DNA of 63,465 nucleotides, filler included, from Ionaspis alba (taxonomy: Eukaryota), in assembly GCA_964255285.1 (NCBI GenBank). It is 8 parts of 8 records of this genome, joined end to end, with 100 filler letters (N's around TTAATTAATTAA, not from the genome) between each part and the next. Parts side by side here need not be neighbours in the genome. Positions count along the whole stretch, not along the records: positions 23,922 to 31,783 come from CAXUUL010000797.1; positions 31,884 to 39,735 come from CAXUUL010000798.1; positions 39,836 to 47,663 come from CAXUUL010000799.1; 5 more parts are not named here. One strand, given 5' to 3'. The notes under the pieces were generated by a model. The model was not told the DNA's origin. It made no database searches and saw nothing but the letters and a program-made list of their open reading frames with translations. Positions 28,869-42,151 of this stretch are shown piece after piece. The position numbers were made by a program, and so were the translations under genes. Position 1 is the first letter of the stretch, and each line of letters starts with the position of its first letter.

Positions 28869-29236
28869 AGAATATGCCGTTGATTCTTTAGACTGTCATC
28901 ATGATAGATCCCTCTGAGGCGATTCATGAGGACGCCTAGCTACATTTCGGCAGACTGCATGTCGTTGTTGACCTTAGTTTGCGGCGGCGTAATGACGCAA
29001 AGGCGCGGAGGAAGCTTGTGCGGGAAACCTTCCGTTCTAGAAGCTTTGTTGCTGACCGTTTGAGCCACATCACCTACTATCCAGGAACATAGCTTTCGTC
29101 TTCAAGATATAGGCCAGGGCTTATACTTTCATGTATATGCTCTTGTAGCTCTCATCTGTATTTGCAGATTCAGAAGAATAAGGTCCCATGCCGCCACGTC
29201 CTTCGATCTGTCCCATCTGAAGCACGCCTTAACAAA

Positions 29237-31712
29237 ATGGCGGCCGACCACGGCACCTCTCCTAGTCAAGCTTCTGCAGTCCCTGAGCAGCAAAGAATCC
29301 TTCTTCACGTGGTATCTCCTTCGGCGGAGGTGCCTGACCGTCTCGTGTTCCCAGATTTCTCTACTGCTACAACTGTTATTGGATTGAAAAGAGCTATTCA
29401 AGATCGCGTTCCAACGAAGCCCGCCCCGGAGAGGCAACGTCTAATCTATCGCGGGAGGGCTTTGATTCAGGACAACGTAACTCTGAAAGAAGTGGTCGGG
29501 CTAGAAGCGGTACGCCTATAATCTTGATTCAGTTGACATTGATGCTGAGGCTCCAAACCAGGCAAACAGTTCCGAGGCCATTTCCTTACACCTGGTCCTT
29601 CCTCCTGTGCAGAGTGCTGGACTTTCGGGTGCCAATAGTGTCCCTCATAGCCATGCGATCCCTCCGCACGCCCCATTTCCTCCTCGGTCTCACCACATCC
29701 CGTTCCCGCCTGTGCAGCGGCCGGCCAGCACAGGTCAGATACCTCCCGGTACCTCCATGGGATCCACACCACCACCTCCACCAGAACCAAGTTACGGTGG
29801 AGCACACGGATTGCCAGATCCACCCCATATCAATGTAGGGAATGTACCTTTCCTTCCTGGTCAATTCCCTGTACCGATGCAAGACCTCTTCAATAATCAC
29901 CTTGCCGCCCTCGGACAACAGCTACCGACCAGTCAATTCCCGGCAGGAGGTACAAATGGGCCGTTGGGTGTTCCTCACGTACATAATGGTCAGCCCTTGC
30001 AACAAATTCCGCTCTTTCCACAACCTCAACCACCGAATTTTCAGCAGTTCTTAGCACAACAGCAACAAGTTCGAGCAGCTGCAGGTCATCACGGTGTTGG
30101 GAGCGGCACACCAGCGCCTAGCGAACATCCACAGCCACCAAATCTACCTCGGAATCAAGGTGCACCCGACATGACAAATCATCCGCAGAACAATAACAAT
30201 GCGTCGTATGACCCAAGCAATGTGGGGACTGTGGTTCAAGAGGGCCAAGGGCCAAACGGAACTTCATGGAGAGTTGTGATTAATCAAAGTACAGCGAGCT
30301 ATCCTCTACCATCCATCAACAGCCAGACAAGTAGTGGTGTACACCTACCACATGGACCAGTACTCCACAATCCTCACATCAGATTTCCTCAGGCCAATCC
30401 TGCGTTCAACCCGGCCCGTTTGCCACAACTACCAAGCTTGTCACAAGGAGGACCACCGCACTTTATGTCCGCGCCTTCAAGTACTCCATCGCTCGCCAGT
30501 CCGCTGTCTTCCATGCTGCAACGAATGGCTACAATGGAGGCAACTTTAGAGAATGGAGAGGCACCCACAGAGCTTGAGATCTTGGATACTCGAATACAGT
30601 TGCTCAATCTCACTCGCCAGCAGAACATTTTGCCGGCCGTCGCAAGTCAGCTGGGAAGCAGACTGGATGACCTCTCCAATCGTGCTACTTTGGCACGTGC
30701 TCGTACAACCGACCCACTACTTCAACCAACCGCTGAAACTTCGTCAAATGTACCTCAGAGTTCACCATCCTCAGAGACTACTGTTTACCTCTTGTCATCT
30801 CCTTCTGGACCTCAGGCCCTCCTAATCTCACCCGCTGGCTTGTACAGCACCTCCGGGCTTGGCTCCCCACTACCAAATTCCCATACAGCAATATTACATC
30901 CCCAGCCAAATAACACTTTCCCAGGCTATGCCACGGCCGCGACTAATGTAGCTCGCGTTCAACCAGTGGCTGCTGGTCGCGATGCCCATGCCGCAGCACA
31001 GCAACCACATCCAGACCAAGCTCGAGACCTTCTACGAATACTCCTTCCTCTGGGTGGCCATCTCTGGTTATTGATACGCTTATTTGGCTTCGTGTACTTC
31101 GTCACCGGAGGTGCAGGCTGGTATCGCACAATTCTCCTCGGAACATGCGCCATCTTGATCTTCCTCTCCCAAACACAAATCTTTAGACCCCTTCAACAAG
31201 CGGTCTGGGAACCCTTTAGGCGGCACGTGGAAGGTATTCTACCTCTTGGTGGCAACGAAGGGGTTAATAGACCAAATGTCCAGCGCGAAGGACCTGAAGG
31301 ACAGGCGCCAGCAGGTGCGGAACCCAGCCCCAGGCAAATGGCAGAGAGACTACTGCAGGAGCGTGAGCAGCATGGCGGAAGTATCGTCCGAAGGAATCTG
31401 AGGAGGGCTGAGCGGGCTGTCGCGCTTTTTGTCGCTAGCCTGGTACCTGGAGTTGGAGAAAGGCATATCGCCGCTAGAGATGCCGCCGAGGCTGCGAGGG
31501 CCGCCGAGCAACGAGAGAGGGAAGAGAGGGTGAGGCTTGAGGAAGAGGCAAGACAGAGAGACGAAGACGATAATGCAAGAGGGACCGCAGATAGCATCGG
31601 GCATGGGGATGGCGAAGCTGAAGGAGAGCATTTTTTGGATGCTGAGGAGGGTCTTCGGCCTGGGCATGAGCCTGCTGCAGCGGTGGCTGAACAGCCGCTG
31701 GTGGAGATATGA
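29237..31712 (+). CDS. Ubiquitin-like-domain ER membrane protein, Usa1/HERP-like
   Basis: N-terminal UBL (PAPERQRLIYRGRAL; after the intron, FLTPGP region read as HLVL in the spliced frame). Pro/Gln-rich middle. TM hairpin HLWLLIRLFGFVYF and ALFVASLVPG motif. Confidence 0.75.
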
Positions 31713-32115
31713 GCATCACCTCGAAGCGTTTAAATGGACATCTGTAGCGTAGCATGGCGTTCTGGATCAGAGCCATGTTTCTGNNNNNNNNNNNNNNNNN
31801 NNNNNNNNNNNNNNNNNNNNNNNNNNNTTAATTAATTAANNNNNNNNNNNNNNNNNNNNNNNNNNNNNNNNNNNNNNNNNNNNAACGGTACAAATACAGA
31901 GCATTAGCAGTCTGGTGTTAAGGTCTTAAAGGGAGACCTTCAGTCTGAAAATCCTCCGAAATCAACTGTGTATTGCGCTAGTTGCTTCTATAGCCGAGCT
32001 CTAGCTTGTGAACGAAACAGAACCCAACTCCATCGCCATGCTTTGTCATGCCATACTCTGCGATTAACAGAGCAGTGGGCCAAAACCAAATGTGTGCCAC
32101 GATACCCACAGGTCT

Positions 32116-33948
32116 TCAATGACTGACGACAAAGAACGTGTTGGTGATCAAACATGTGACCATAACCACCCCACCATAGATGGCCAAGGCAAGGCTGAGT
32201 CTCCTAAGCAAATTCTTTCGCCAGTTGCTCCCTTTGGGACCTCCCCCACCCAATAGTCCTTCATCCTCGTCATTATCCGACTCCTCCCTCTCATCGTCGT
32301 CTTCCTTGACAAGTCGTTGGTGATGTGGAGATTCTGGAGACGAAATCTTGTAGTAGAATAGCCCAGGAAGAATGAAGCTGATGCTCGTACTACCTGTGCT
32401 GCCAACATATGCAAGGACAGTCTCAAGTGATGAAACTGTCATAGCTACAATGTAGCTAAGAACAATGATGGCGGTCGTGATTGCTGCAAACCGGACTTCA
32501 CCAATACCGTCTCCGTTCGTGGGTCCGATCTTGCTTGACGATAGCAATGGAGTTGCTCCACCTCGAGATGGAGAGCCATTTGGTGATTCTGCTCGCTTTC
32601 TGGGCCGCCATTTGAGGACGGCGTCGACTGATGCTCTGCAAGGGTGGACTTGGAGTGGATACGAGAACATGACTAGGACGACAATTGCGGCTTTGCCAAT
32701 TGTAGAGGCGGCAGAAGGAGGATCTGTGTCAAAGCCTCAGCATGCACAGGGAGATGACTCTGTAGGTAAACATACACATCCCAACGATGTTTCCCTTGAC
32801 ATTGTTGCCGAACGAGAGATATCCAGTAATGGCTACTAGGATGTAGATAGAGCAAGCTGAGCCGATGCTGGCTCCGACAACACTGAATGTTCTCAAATGG
32901 GAGTTGTTGCTGATCTCATTGAGGATCGAGAACATCTTGATTTACATTAGTCTGTATTCAATGTGTAAAAGCATGTCTGAGTCTCTTACATTTTGATGGC
33001 ACGTGTACGCGAAGACGATGACCGGAAAGCTACTCAGAGCAGGTACTGCACCTCCCCATCTAATCACTCTGATATCGCCCCGATCCTGCATTGTATCACC
33101 CTTGAGGAAGTGGGCGACGACCAAGATTACAAGGTATCCAATAGAAATTAGAGCAATAACGCTGGTGTATTTCAACGAGTCGAGACGTCGTAAGAATGAC
33201 AGAGGTATAACGATTAGCCTAACTCATCAATGTCAGCCTCTCTCACATGTCGAGCTAACTTGGATTTCATGAGCAGATACTAACATAAAACCTGTAATCC
33301 AGAATTGCCGATCTACCAGAAATGGAACACTGGCAGCATGTGAATTGAACCCCTCTATCACGCCTGGCATGAGATCCCCAATAATTATAAGATAGCTGAC
33401 TCCAACCCCAAAGCACTTGATAGCAATCGCAGCATCGAAGATGACAGCCGCATTCGGATACGTGATCTGGGATAGCGCAAAGAACGACGCCGAACCTCTC
33501 TCTAGATATCTTGCGCAACGAGTCTGTAGGTATAATCCGAACCCTGCCGTAAGCCCGGCCCAGACGATCACCGCGGTTCCGAGGACGATTCCCATGTGTG
33601 ACATGGCCAGTGGCATGGCTAAAACTCCAGCGCCGACGACTAAAACTGAGTCAGTACGGATTCTGGAGGAGCGGACGGGGATTGCGGACTGGTGTTTAGC
33701 AAGTTGATGACACTGCTGAGCCAGCTGGCTTGGCCAAAGACTCCGGCCTCTTTTCCTCGACTAGAGTAACGTCTTGAAACTGTCAGCACACAGACCTTTA
33801 AACACATCGGAATCTCGTCAGGTAGCAGCAATACACAAAGCGCAGAGGCTCGCTGCGATCCTTACCTCCTTGGTCTCGTCGAAGAGTTTGCGCTTCTAGG
33901 CCTCCCATCGTGTCCATCGGCATCCCCATTGATTGCTGAGTATGCCAT
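32116..33948 (-). CDS. Vacuolar amino acid transporter (Avt5/6/7-like, Aa_trans family), multi-exon
   Basis: Motifs SSVINLLNT|.VGAGVLAMP, IAIKCFGVGVSYLIIIGDLMP, FAYTCHQN|MFSI and VGSTGSTSISFILPG. Confidence 0.92.
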
Positions 33949-34233
33949 CTTCAATTCTCTCCCCACGTCTATGATATGTAAGCCCTCATGCGATCGAGTT
34001 TGTGGGCTATGGAAGATAGCCACTGATCACGAAGTTGATTTGATGTTGGTCGTGTGGTCCATATGTTGGGGCGACTGAATGACAGCAGATCGTATGCCAA
34101 GAGATTAGACCAGGGGTTATCATTCGCCCTTGCAAGGAGCCGTATCCACTAAAACATGGCGCTTGACGGTCGGTACCATCGATCTATTGTTGACCGTGCC
34201 ACGAAACCTCCATCTTCGGGCAAACCCCTCATT

Positions 34234-34923
34234 ATGAATGGGGGTGATGAGAACACGACTGCTTTGGCAAGTCTTGATCTATTGGAGACTCGTCTACGGA
34301 GAGTAGAATTCTACATTACAGGCAAAGATACCTCGGAGAGATCTCCCGAGCGGGAGAGTACTTCAAGCCGAGAGCAATCAGTACAAGAACGCCTCGAACG
34401 TTTGGAAGACGCTCTACACAGATTATCATCGTCTTCGAATGCTGTCAGAGATCTCCTATACTTATGTAGGTGTCGTCAATACTGCTGATTGTGCTTGTGG
34501 CGCTAAAACATCGCAGGTAACAAGCACCCGGACGTGTTCCCGCCAGGCTTCAGCGCTGGAAGCGAATCATTTTTCTCTAGAGATGAAAGACTAGCCATCA
34601 TCAAATCCTGTGCCACTCTTTATCCAACAACCGCATCCCGTCTTACCTCAATCCTAGATATCCCATTACCTCCTACAGAATCTTTCGCATCTCTGATATC
34701 GCTCCAGCCCCGAATAGCAAAGATTCAGCATTTGCAGGATTCACAAGCTACAGAACTAGCCGATCTTAGACTCAGAAGTGCGGCGGTGTTGCAACGATGG
34801 TATGAGATTGGGGTGTTAGGTGGCGGTGAATGCTGGACAGATTGGGAGGAACGCGTTGTGGGGGTTGAGAAGCTCGTTAGGCGTGAAGAAGCAACAAAGG
34901 CACGGCAAGATGTTGCTATCTGA
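34234..34923 (+). CDS. ro-10: Dynactin p24/p22 subunit (RO10-like), one intron
   Basis: SLDLLETRLRRVEFYITG, YPTTASRLTSILDIPLP and ELADLRLRSAAVLQRWYE...WTDWEERV. Confidence 0.8.
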
Positions 34924-36375
34924 TAGACGACACGATTGTGCATCAAGTATGCCAGGGTTGCGAGTCTTGATAGAGGTCCGGCAGCTTGTAAGCGCTGAGG
35001 ACATTTTCTGCAGCCTGCGTTATTCAGCAGCTCCGCCTAAGTGGGCCGATTGCATCGAAGAAGGATTGGCCAGAATCTCGTCCCGGCTAGAAAATCCACT
35101 TCAAGAGCTCCACTTAGACGCTAAGGAGACGCAGTCGCGCCTCGATGTCAGACGATATCAGGCTTTTACCGATGCAGCCCCCTGGAATTCGGCAGATGCT
35201 GCCTTGCAAGGCTCCGCCGAGTCCGCGCAGGAAGAAGAGGTCATGGGGTCCACTACCGATGCGGGATATATTCATGCTTCGCGGTGGACTTCATTGTTGT
35301 TTGGACCTATGGGATGGGAAAGATATAGTAGCGGTGTGCATAACCAGGAAAACCGTGCGTCCATCGACCCTAGAAGCTTTAATCTGAGCAGGATGGAGCT
35401 TGCACAGCACCAGGCAATTCATTAGTGCTCTGGAAGTGGAGCATTGACAAATCAAAGCTTCTAGAATAATGGAGCTGTCATTATCCTTCCACCAACTCAA
35501 TGTTAACGAGGTCCAGCGAATGACAGCCAGTAGTATCGAAAAGTGCTGGTGAATTTTCTGCGAATAATTCCAATTGATTTTTGCAGAAGCCCCGTAGTGG
35601 CACTTGAAAGCGCCCCGGGGCGATCGCACCGGGAGAACTAAGAGCGCTCGGGTGTCCCCAAACCAGATTAGCGGGATCCCAAGCACAGGGAAGGGAGTTC
35701 CAGAACTTTGCTTGTCAGTCGCGGCAGGCAAAAAGAAGGGGACCCAAAGCAGCGGAAACGACATGTGTAAGCGCAGAAACTACTGGTGCTTGTCACCTTC
35801 CAATTATCCGTCCAATCTCCAACCCGCAAACTGCTGCAAACCCCGGACCCGAGCTGCTTCTCTTGCACCGAGTCAATTGCCTTGTCTCTACTTTGACCCC
35901 CTCCCAAGTACATACATAAACGCACTGCCTTTCCGACTGCGACCTCCAAGTTTTTAGTGCCGCCATGAGATTGCGGGAGGCCCGAGATCACAAGGTGGCC
36001 TCGTAAGCCATTTTTCGTCGTCTTGACCTACTTTTTTTCTGTTGCTCGTGTTTTCTCAACCTCATATACCGAGGACCGCCTAACGTACATAACAACATAC
36101 AACGATCTACCTTCCATCTTCGACGTAACCATACCTACCGACAAAGCACTTGAATACAGAACGTCGGGCGTGTGAACAGCGAAAGCCGAGGCAGGGTCTA
36201 CCTCGCACCTGTTCTCCTTCACTCCACGTTACATCCGCGGATTCGAAAGCCTCAATCGGTCGCCGCAATTCATACATAAAGTCGGTCCAACGCGCTGGGG
36301 AGGTGTGGTGAGAGGGAGTGTATGAATGTGTGCGAGTGGAGGAACAAATGCTCATAGATAATACATAATAAAGCA

Positions 36376-37361
36376 ATGTCTCAGAGGCAAGTTTACCACG
36401 TGCTCAATAATCTCCTCCAGTAGAGCTGCTAATTTAATTCGAATTAGACGGGAGTACCATATTGTTGTGCTAGGCGCTGGAGGTGTTGGGAAAAGTTGTT
36501 TGACGGGTCAGTAGCCAGCTACAAATTACAGCGGAGGAATAATCACTCACCATCTCGACTGGTGCAGCGCAATTTGTACAGAATGTATGGATAGAAAGCT
36601 ACGATCCTACGATCGAAGATTCATATAGGAAGCAAATCGAGGTAGATGTATGCTCATTCCACATCTATAGTTTGGGTTCCAGAAGCTGACAATGTCTAGG
36701 GACGTCAATGTATATTAGAAATGTACAGACACTGAAAATTTCCTGTGTTGAGGCCCAGCTGATGAAACACAGTTTAGACACCGCTGGTACGGAACAGTTC
36801 AGTGAGTCCCTACCCACCAAAGTTGCACCTCCATGCTCTCACTAATCATGTCTTTCTCTCTCACCAGCTGCCATGAGGTATGCCCTACCCCAACCCCCTC
36901 TCAAATCCACCCTCACCAACCCACAAACTCAATCTAACAGTCCCCTTCTTTTCCCCTTCTCTAGAGAACTCTACATGAAATCCGGCCAAGGCTTCCTCCT
37001 CGTCTTCTCCATCACCTCCCTCTCCTCCCTCAACGAACTCTACGAACTCCGCGAACAGATCATCCGCATCAAAGACGACGAGCGCGTCCCCCTCGTCATC
37101 GTCGGCAACAAATCCGACCTCGAAGAAGACCGCGCTGTCTCCCGCGCGCGCGCCTTCGCCGTCTCGGAGGGTTGGGGCCAAGCTCCTTATTATGAGACGA
37201 GTGCCCGTAGGAGGGCGAATGTCGATGAGGCGTTTGTGGATCTCTGCAGGCAGATTATTCGCAAGGATTCGGCGTCTGCGGCGCAGGTTAGGGAGGTGGA
37301 TGTTGGGCCGAGGAGGAGGAGGAGGAGGAAGAGGAGGGATGCGAGGTGCACTATTCTGTAG
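36376..37361 (+). CDS. RSR1: Rap-type Ras GTPase Rsr1/Bud1, 7 coding exons
   Basis: Spliced [43 protein letters not shown] (Thr at the Ras Q61 position, a Rap hallmark), NKSD and ETSA. Polybasic tail with CAAX box CTIL. Confidence 0.95.
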
Positions 37362-37659
37362 GTTGTGGGTCTTGCGGAACGATGTGGATGGGTAAGGTTT
37401 TGCTGGAATTGTGGGTGCTTATAAATAGAGGAGCTCCTTACTGGAATACCCTAGGCGGCGATTTGCTGTAGCTTTTGAAAAGCACCGTTTGAACATTTGC
37501 TGGTACACGTTGTGAAGTGATTGCTTGCATTTTTATCTAGATTCATATGCTTACCGTGTGCAGCTTTGTCCAAGACCCAGAATCCTTTTAGCTCTGGTCT
37601 CTGCTGACATAACCAGCCGGAGTGCCGCGAGGATATCAGTCCCTCAACCACTCCACATA

Positions 37660-39733
37660 TCACATCCTAAAAACACCAAATTTCGTCTCCTCTTCCTCAA
37701 AACTCCCTCCCATCGCAGCCCTCAACCCCTGTGCCACCACCCTCCTCGTGTGCGCCGGAGGAATAACCCCATCATCCCACAACCTGGCAGACGAGAACGT
37801 TGCGTCGCTCTCCCGCTCGATCCTCGCCTTCAAAGCTGGATCCACACTCTTCCCTACCGTCTCCATAACCGCACTCAACTGCTCGGAGCCCATGACGCCG
37901 ATCTTCGCATTCGGCCACATCCAGAGGAAACGTGGAGAATAAGCTCGGCCACTGCCACATCCCATATTAGCCACTATACCACCGCAGAAAGCTAGGAACC
38001 ATCCTGACTTACCACATCCCATAGTTCCCCGCGCCGGCGCTTGCGCCGAAAACAACCGTAAACTTCGGCACATTCGCACACGCGACTGCTGTCACGAGCT
38101 TGGCGCCGTTCTTGGCGATGCCGCCTTTTTCGGCATCGGCACCAACCATGAAGCCAGAGATGTTCTGCAGGAAGAGGAGCGGGATCTGCCGCTTTGCGCA
38201 GAGCTGGATAAAATGCGCGCCTTTGAGCGAGGATTCGGAGAAGAGGATACCTGCGTTGGCGAGGATGCCGATGGGTTGGTTGTGGATGCGTGCGAAGCCT
38301 GGTAGCGGTCAGTCAGAAGCAAAGGACCCGAGATTCGAAGTATGAGAGAGGTGGTTGGAGAATGCTCACCAGTAACGAGCGTAGAGCCATAGTCCCGCTT
38401 GAACTCCGCAAATTCGCTCCCGTCTACTATCCTCGCAATGACTTCGTGCACAGCAATCGGTTTCCGCAGATTCGTCCCCACAATCCCTGCAAGCTCTTCG
38501 GGATCATACAACGGCTCCTTGAACTTCCCTCCCCTCTCAATTTCCTTCCGAGGCCAATTCAGATTCCCAATCGACCGTCTCGCAAGCACCAGCGCGTGTG
38601 CATCGTCAACTGCTAGGTAGTCAGTTACGCCGGAGATCGAGCTGTGCAATCTCCCGCCTCCCAGGTCTTCTGCTGATACTACTTCGCCGGTGGCTGCTTT
38701 GACTAAAGGTGGTCCGGCGAGGAAGATTGTGCCTTGGTTCTCGACGATTATTGATTCGTCGGACATGGCGGGCACGTAGGCACCTCCGGCTGTGCAGGGG
38801 CCCATGACGACGGAGATTTGTGGGATGCCGAGGGAGCTCACTGGAATTGGTTAGTCGGGGTAAGGGAGACTACGGGTGCCGAGAGGGATGAAGTACTTCG
38901 AGCCTGGTTGTAGAAGATGCGGCCGAAGTGGTCGCGGTCGGGAAAGACATCTGCTTGATGGGGAAGGTTGGCGCCGCCGGAGTCGACGAGGTAGATGCAA
39001 GGAAGACCTAGGAAGTCTCAGCTAATCGATCTGGAAAGGGAGCCTGGGGGTGTGGGAGGGAAGTTCGTACGATTTTCTTGGGCAATGGCTTGGGCTCGGA
39101 GGTGCTTCTTTACGGTGATGGGGTAGTATGTGCCTCCTTTCACTCTGCGCAGATCGTAAGCATAAATAATGGCTGTAGTCTGATAACATCAGGACGTACG
39201 TGCTGTCGTTCGCTACTATCATACATGATACGCCTTGCACCATGCCCACTCCAGTGATTATGCCACCAGCGGGGACGTCTTCATTCTCGTAGAGCTCGTA
39301 TCCGGCCAACGGGGAGAGCTCTAGGAAGGAAGTGCCTGGATCTATGAGAGCTGTGATACGACTGCAGCTCTCTCAGCACGAGCGCAACCTTGAATCCTAT
39401 CCATCAGGCATACTTTCTTGGAAGCATCTTCCCACGAGCAATGTGCTTGTCTCGAGACTTCTGCGGTCCTCCTTTTTCTATTCTGCCGTGTAGCTCGTTC
39501 ATTCTCGTCATAACTTCTCCCATTGACCGAGCATTTTCCTTGTAGTCTGTCGACGACACATCAACGTTTGTTGGTAGGACTGATATGGCTGAGGCATGGT
39601 GTTCGTAGGTATGGTTTGCGATTGAACGGCGGGTTTGGTGAAGAAAGGTTGGGGTTTTTGGTAGCTTGCATAGAGACCTGGTGTGGGATGTTTGGTAAAC
39701 AATACAGCGGCCGAGCCGCGCAGTCGGTGCCAT
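37660..39733 (-). CDS. mccB: 3-methylcrotonyl-CoA carboxylase beta subunit, multi-exon
   Basis: Presequence, then [66 protein letters not shown] and FGVFRM*. Confidence 0.95.
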
Positions 39734-39835
39734 GTNNNNNNNNNNNNNNNNNNNNNNNNNNNNNNNNNNNNNNNNNNNNTTAATTAATTAANNNNNNNNN
39801 NNNNNNNNNNNNNNNNNNNNNNNNNNNNNNNNNNN

Positions 39836-40664
39836 AAAATTAGCACACCCCTCTCAACCCACCTCTCTCCAATTCGGCAAGACTCACCTTTCCTTGCTCC
39901 CTGAAAGAAGAACCGCACAATAAACACCTGCAACCCCGCCATCGCAACCATCATCCCCGACTCGATGATCGAGAAATTGAAAATGCGCTTCTCCGTACTC
40001 CTTACCGTGCTGAAATTTCGATTCTCCCTGGTTCGGAAATATTTCTGCATGCGGTTGATGGTGGAGAGGGAGTTGGAGAGCTTGAAGATGGCGTCTTCGA
40101 CGGCGCCGGTTTGTTCCGGTGTGGTTCCTTGTTTTGTGGGGAGGGTGGTGCGGTGTTCGTTTTCGACCTGATTGTTCCTGATTAGAAGACTTGAACGCTG
40201 TTTGGAGGGTGTGGGACTCTGGTCTTGAAGGTGGAAAGGGGTGGAGGAAGACGTACGGCTATTTCGAAGTCTACCATCTTGTCTGTAAAGGTGGACATGT
40301 CGTTGTCGAAGCAGACGCGGTATTCTCCGATGTCCTGCGCGGTAAAGACGAAGTCGCCCTGGCGTTCTTTCTGGTTTTGCATGATCACTTTGTCGTGGGG
40401 ACCGACGACGCTGTAGTCGATGTCGAAGGCACCGCCTGATTGGACCTACGAAGAGTAGCACCATCAGCCTCTTGGTTCTCAATCATGAATGATGGATGCA
40501 AGAGCACTTACAGCAAAGTAAAAGGCGACTTTGGCATTCTGCTGCTCAACCATCGTGAAGAAGCATGCCTTCTCATTGGGCGTCAACTTATAGGTCAAAG
40601 CCGTGGCAGAGACCATAGAAGCAGCATAGGCCAGTAGGCCATATGCTAGAAGTTGTAACCGCAT
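39836..40664 (-). CDS. p24/emp24-gp25L (GOLD) cargo receptor, Erp2/4-like; last exon lost at spacer
   Basis: Signal peptide, ACFF...FYFA|VQSGGAFDIDY, GEYRVCFDN, QKYFRTRENRNFSTV, TM helix and RFFFQGARK. Confidence 0.9.
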
Positions 40665-40924
40665 GTTGACTATATTCCTAGAAACGTTTAAGGAGTGCTG
40701 CACATTAGTAAATTGTGGATGATAGATGACGCGCTAGTCTGGATTAGGAGCTTCGCGCTCCGCGAAGAGCTTCCAGGCAAGCGACACACGCAATACCTGC
40801 CTCCTATCAACCGCTTCTTCCATACTTTTCTCAATCACACATAACACTACTCTCGTGTATGATGAGTGGTCGATCTTGAACTCTTTCCTCCTCCGTCTAA
40901 GCTCATTCTCTTGCTTTATAAGAT

Positions 40925-41937
40925 ATGGCGTCAGGTTATGACAGAGCGTTGTCCGGTAAGTAGATCATACCTTGCGGCAGTATCAAATGCTAACAGCTTC
41001 CAGTTTTCAGGTAAACAATCACTTCAAGATCCGTGGCTTGATTCTGCCTATCTGACTCACATATAGTCCCGATGGTCACGTCTTTCAGGTAGAATATGCG
41101 CAAGAGGCGGTCAAACGAGGTATATACGGAAGCAAACCCTGTCCTGAGACATGAGCTCACATCTAGAAGGAACATGTGCCGTCGGCGTCAAAGGCAAAGA
41201 CCTAGTCGTTCTAGGATGCGAGAAACGCTCCGCCATGAAGCTCCAGGACACTCGAATTACTCCCTCGAAAATCGGCCTCGTTGACACCCATGTCTGCCTT
41301 GCATTTGCTGGACTGAACGCCGATGCCCGCATATTGGTCGATAAAGCTAGATTAGAGGCACAGTCACATCGCTTGACCGTGGAAGATCCTGTCACGATTG
41401 AATACATCACCAAATATGTCGCTGGGGTACAGCAGAGGTATACGCAGAGTGGAGGTGTGAGACCGTTCGGTCTGAGTACGTTGATTATTGGATTCGACAA
41501 TGGAGATAAGACGCCGAGACTGTATCAGACAGAACCTTCAGGCATTTACTCAGCGTGGTATGTGTCGAGTCAGGCGTTTCTACAGTTTTAGCATTTCGCT
41601 GACCCTTCCTAGGAAAGCAAACGCCATCGGTCGATCCAGTAAAACCGTCCGAGAATTCCTCGAACGGAACCACAAGGATGATATGGACAGAGAAGAGACG
41701 ATCAAGCTGACCGTAAAGTCGCTACTGGAAGTTGTGCAGACTGGCGCGAAGAACATCGAGATTGCTATCATGTCACCTGGAAAGGCGATTGAAATGCTAC
41801 CTGTGGAAGACATCGAATCTTATGTCAAGGGAATCGAGGCTGAGAAGCAAGAGGAGGCAGCAAAGAAGAAGACGGGGAGGACACCGGGGACAGGCACTGC
41901 AGCGATACTGACGAGAGGGGAGGCGAGCGGATCATAG
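40925..41937 (+). CDS. PRE6: 20S proteasome subunit alpha-4 (Pre6)
   Basis: [46 protein letters not shown] and [23 protein letters not shown]. Confidence 0.97.
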
Positions 41938-42151
41938 ATACTCTGAGAATTGCCGTGCTTCGGGCGCTCTGTTCTTCGGCGATTAAATATATCCGTCATT
42001 GAGAAGTGGCCATTGCAGCATGTCCATAATCTGAGAGCCTGTGATGACCGTACCCTCTTCCTCTATTCCATGCCACGCACCGCGCTCAAATGCAAAACAA
42101 CAACTCCTACCCAGCCATCCCTCTTGTCTGTTGTCTAGCATCACATAACAT

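Noticed and set aside
34820..35425. 201-aa ORF after RO10
   Set aside because: It overlaps the RO10 3' end in another frame, leaves no promoter space and has no recognisable domain. It cannot be fully excluded.
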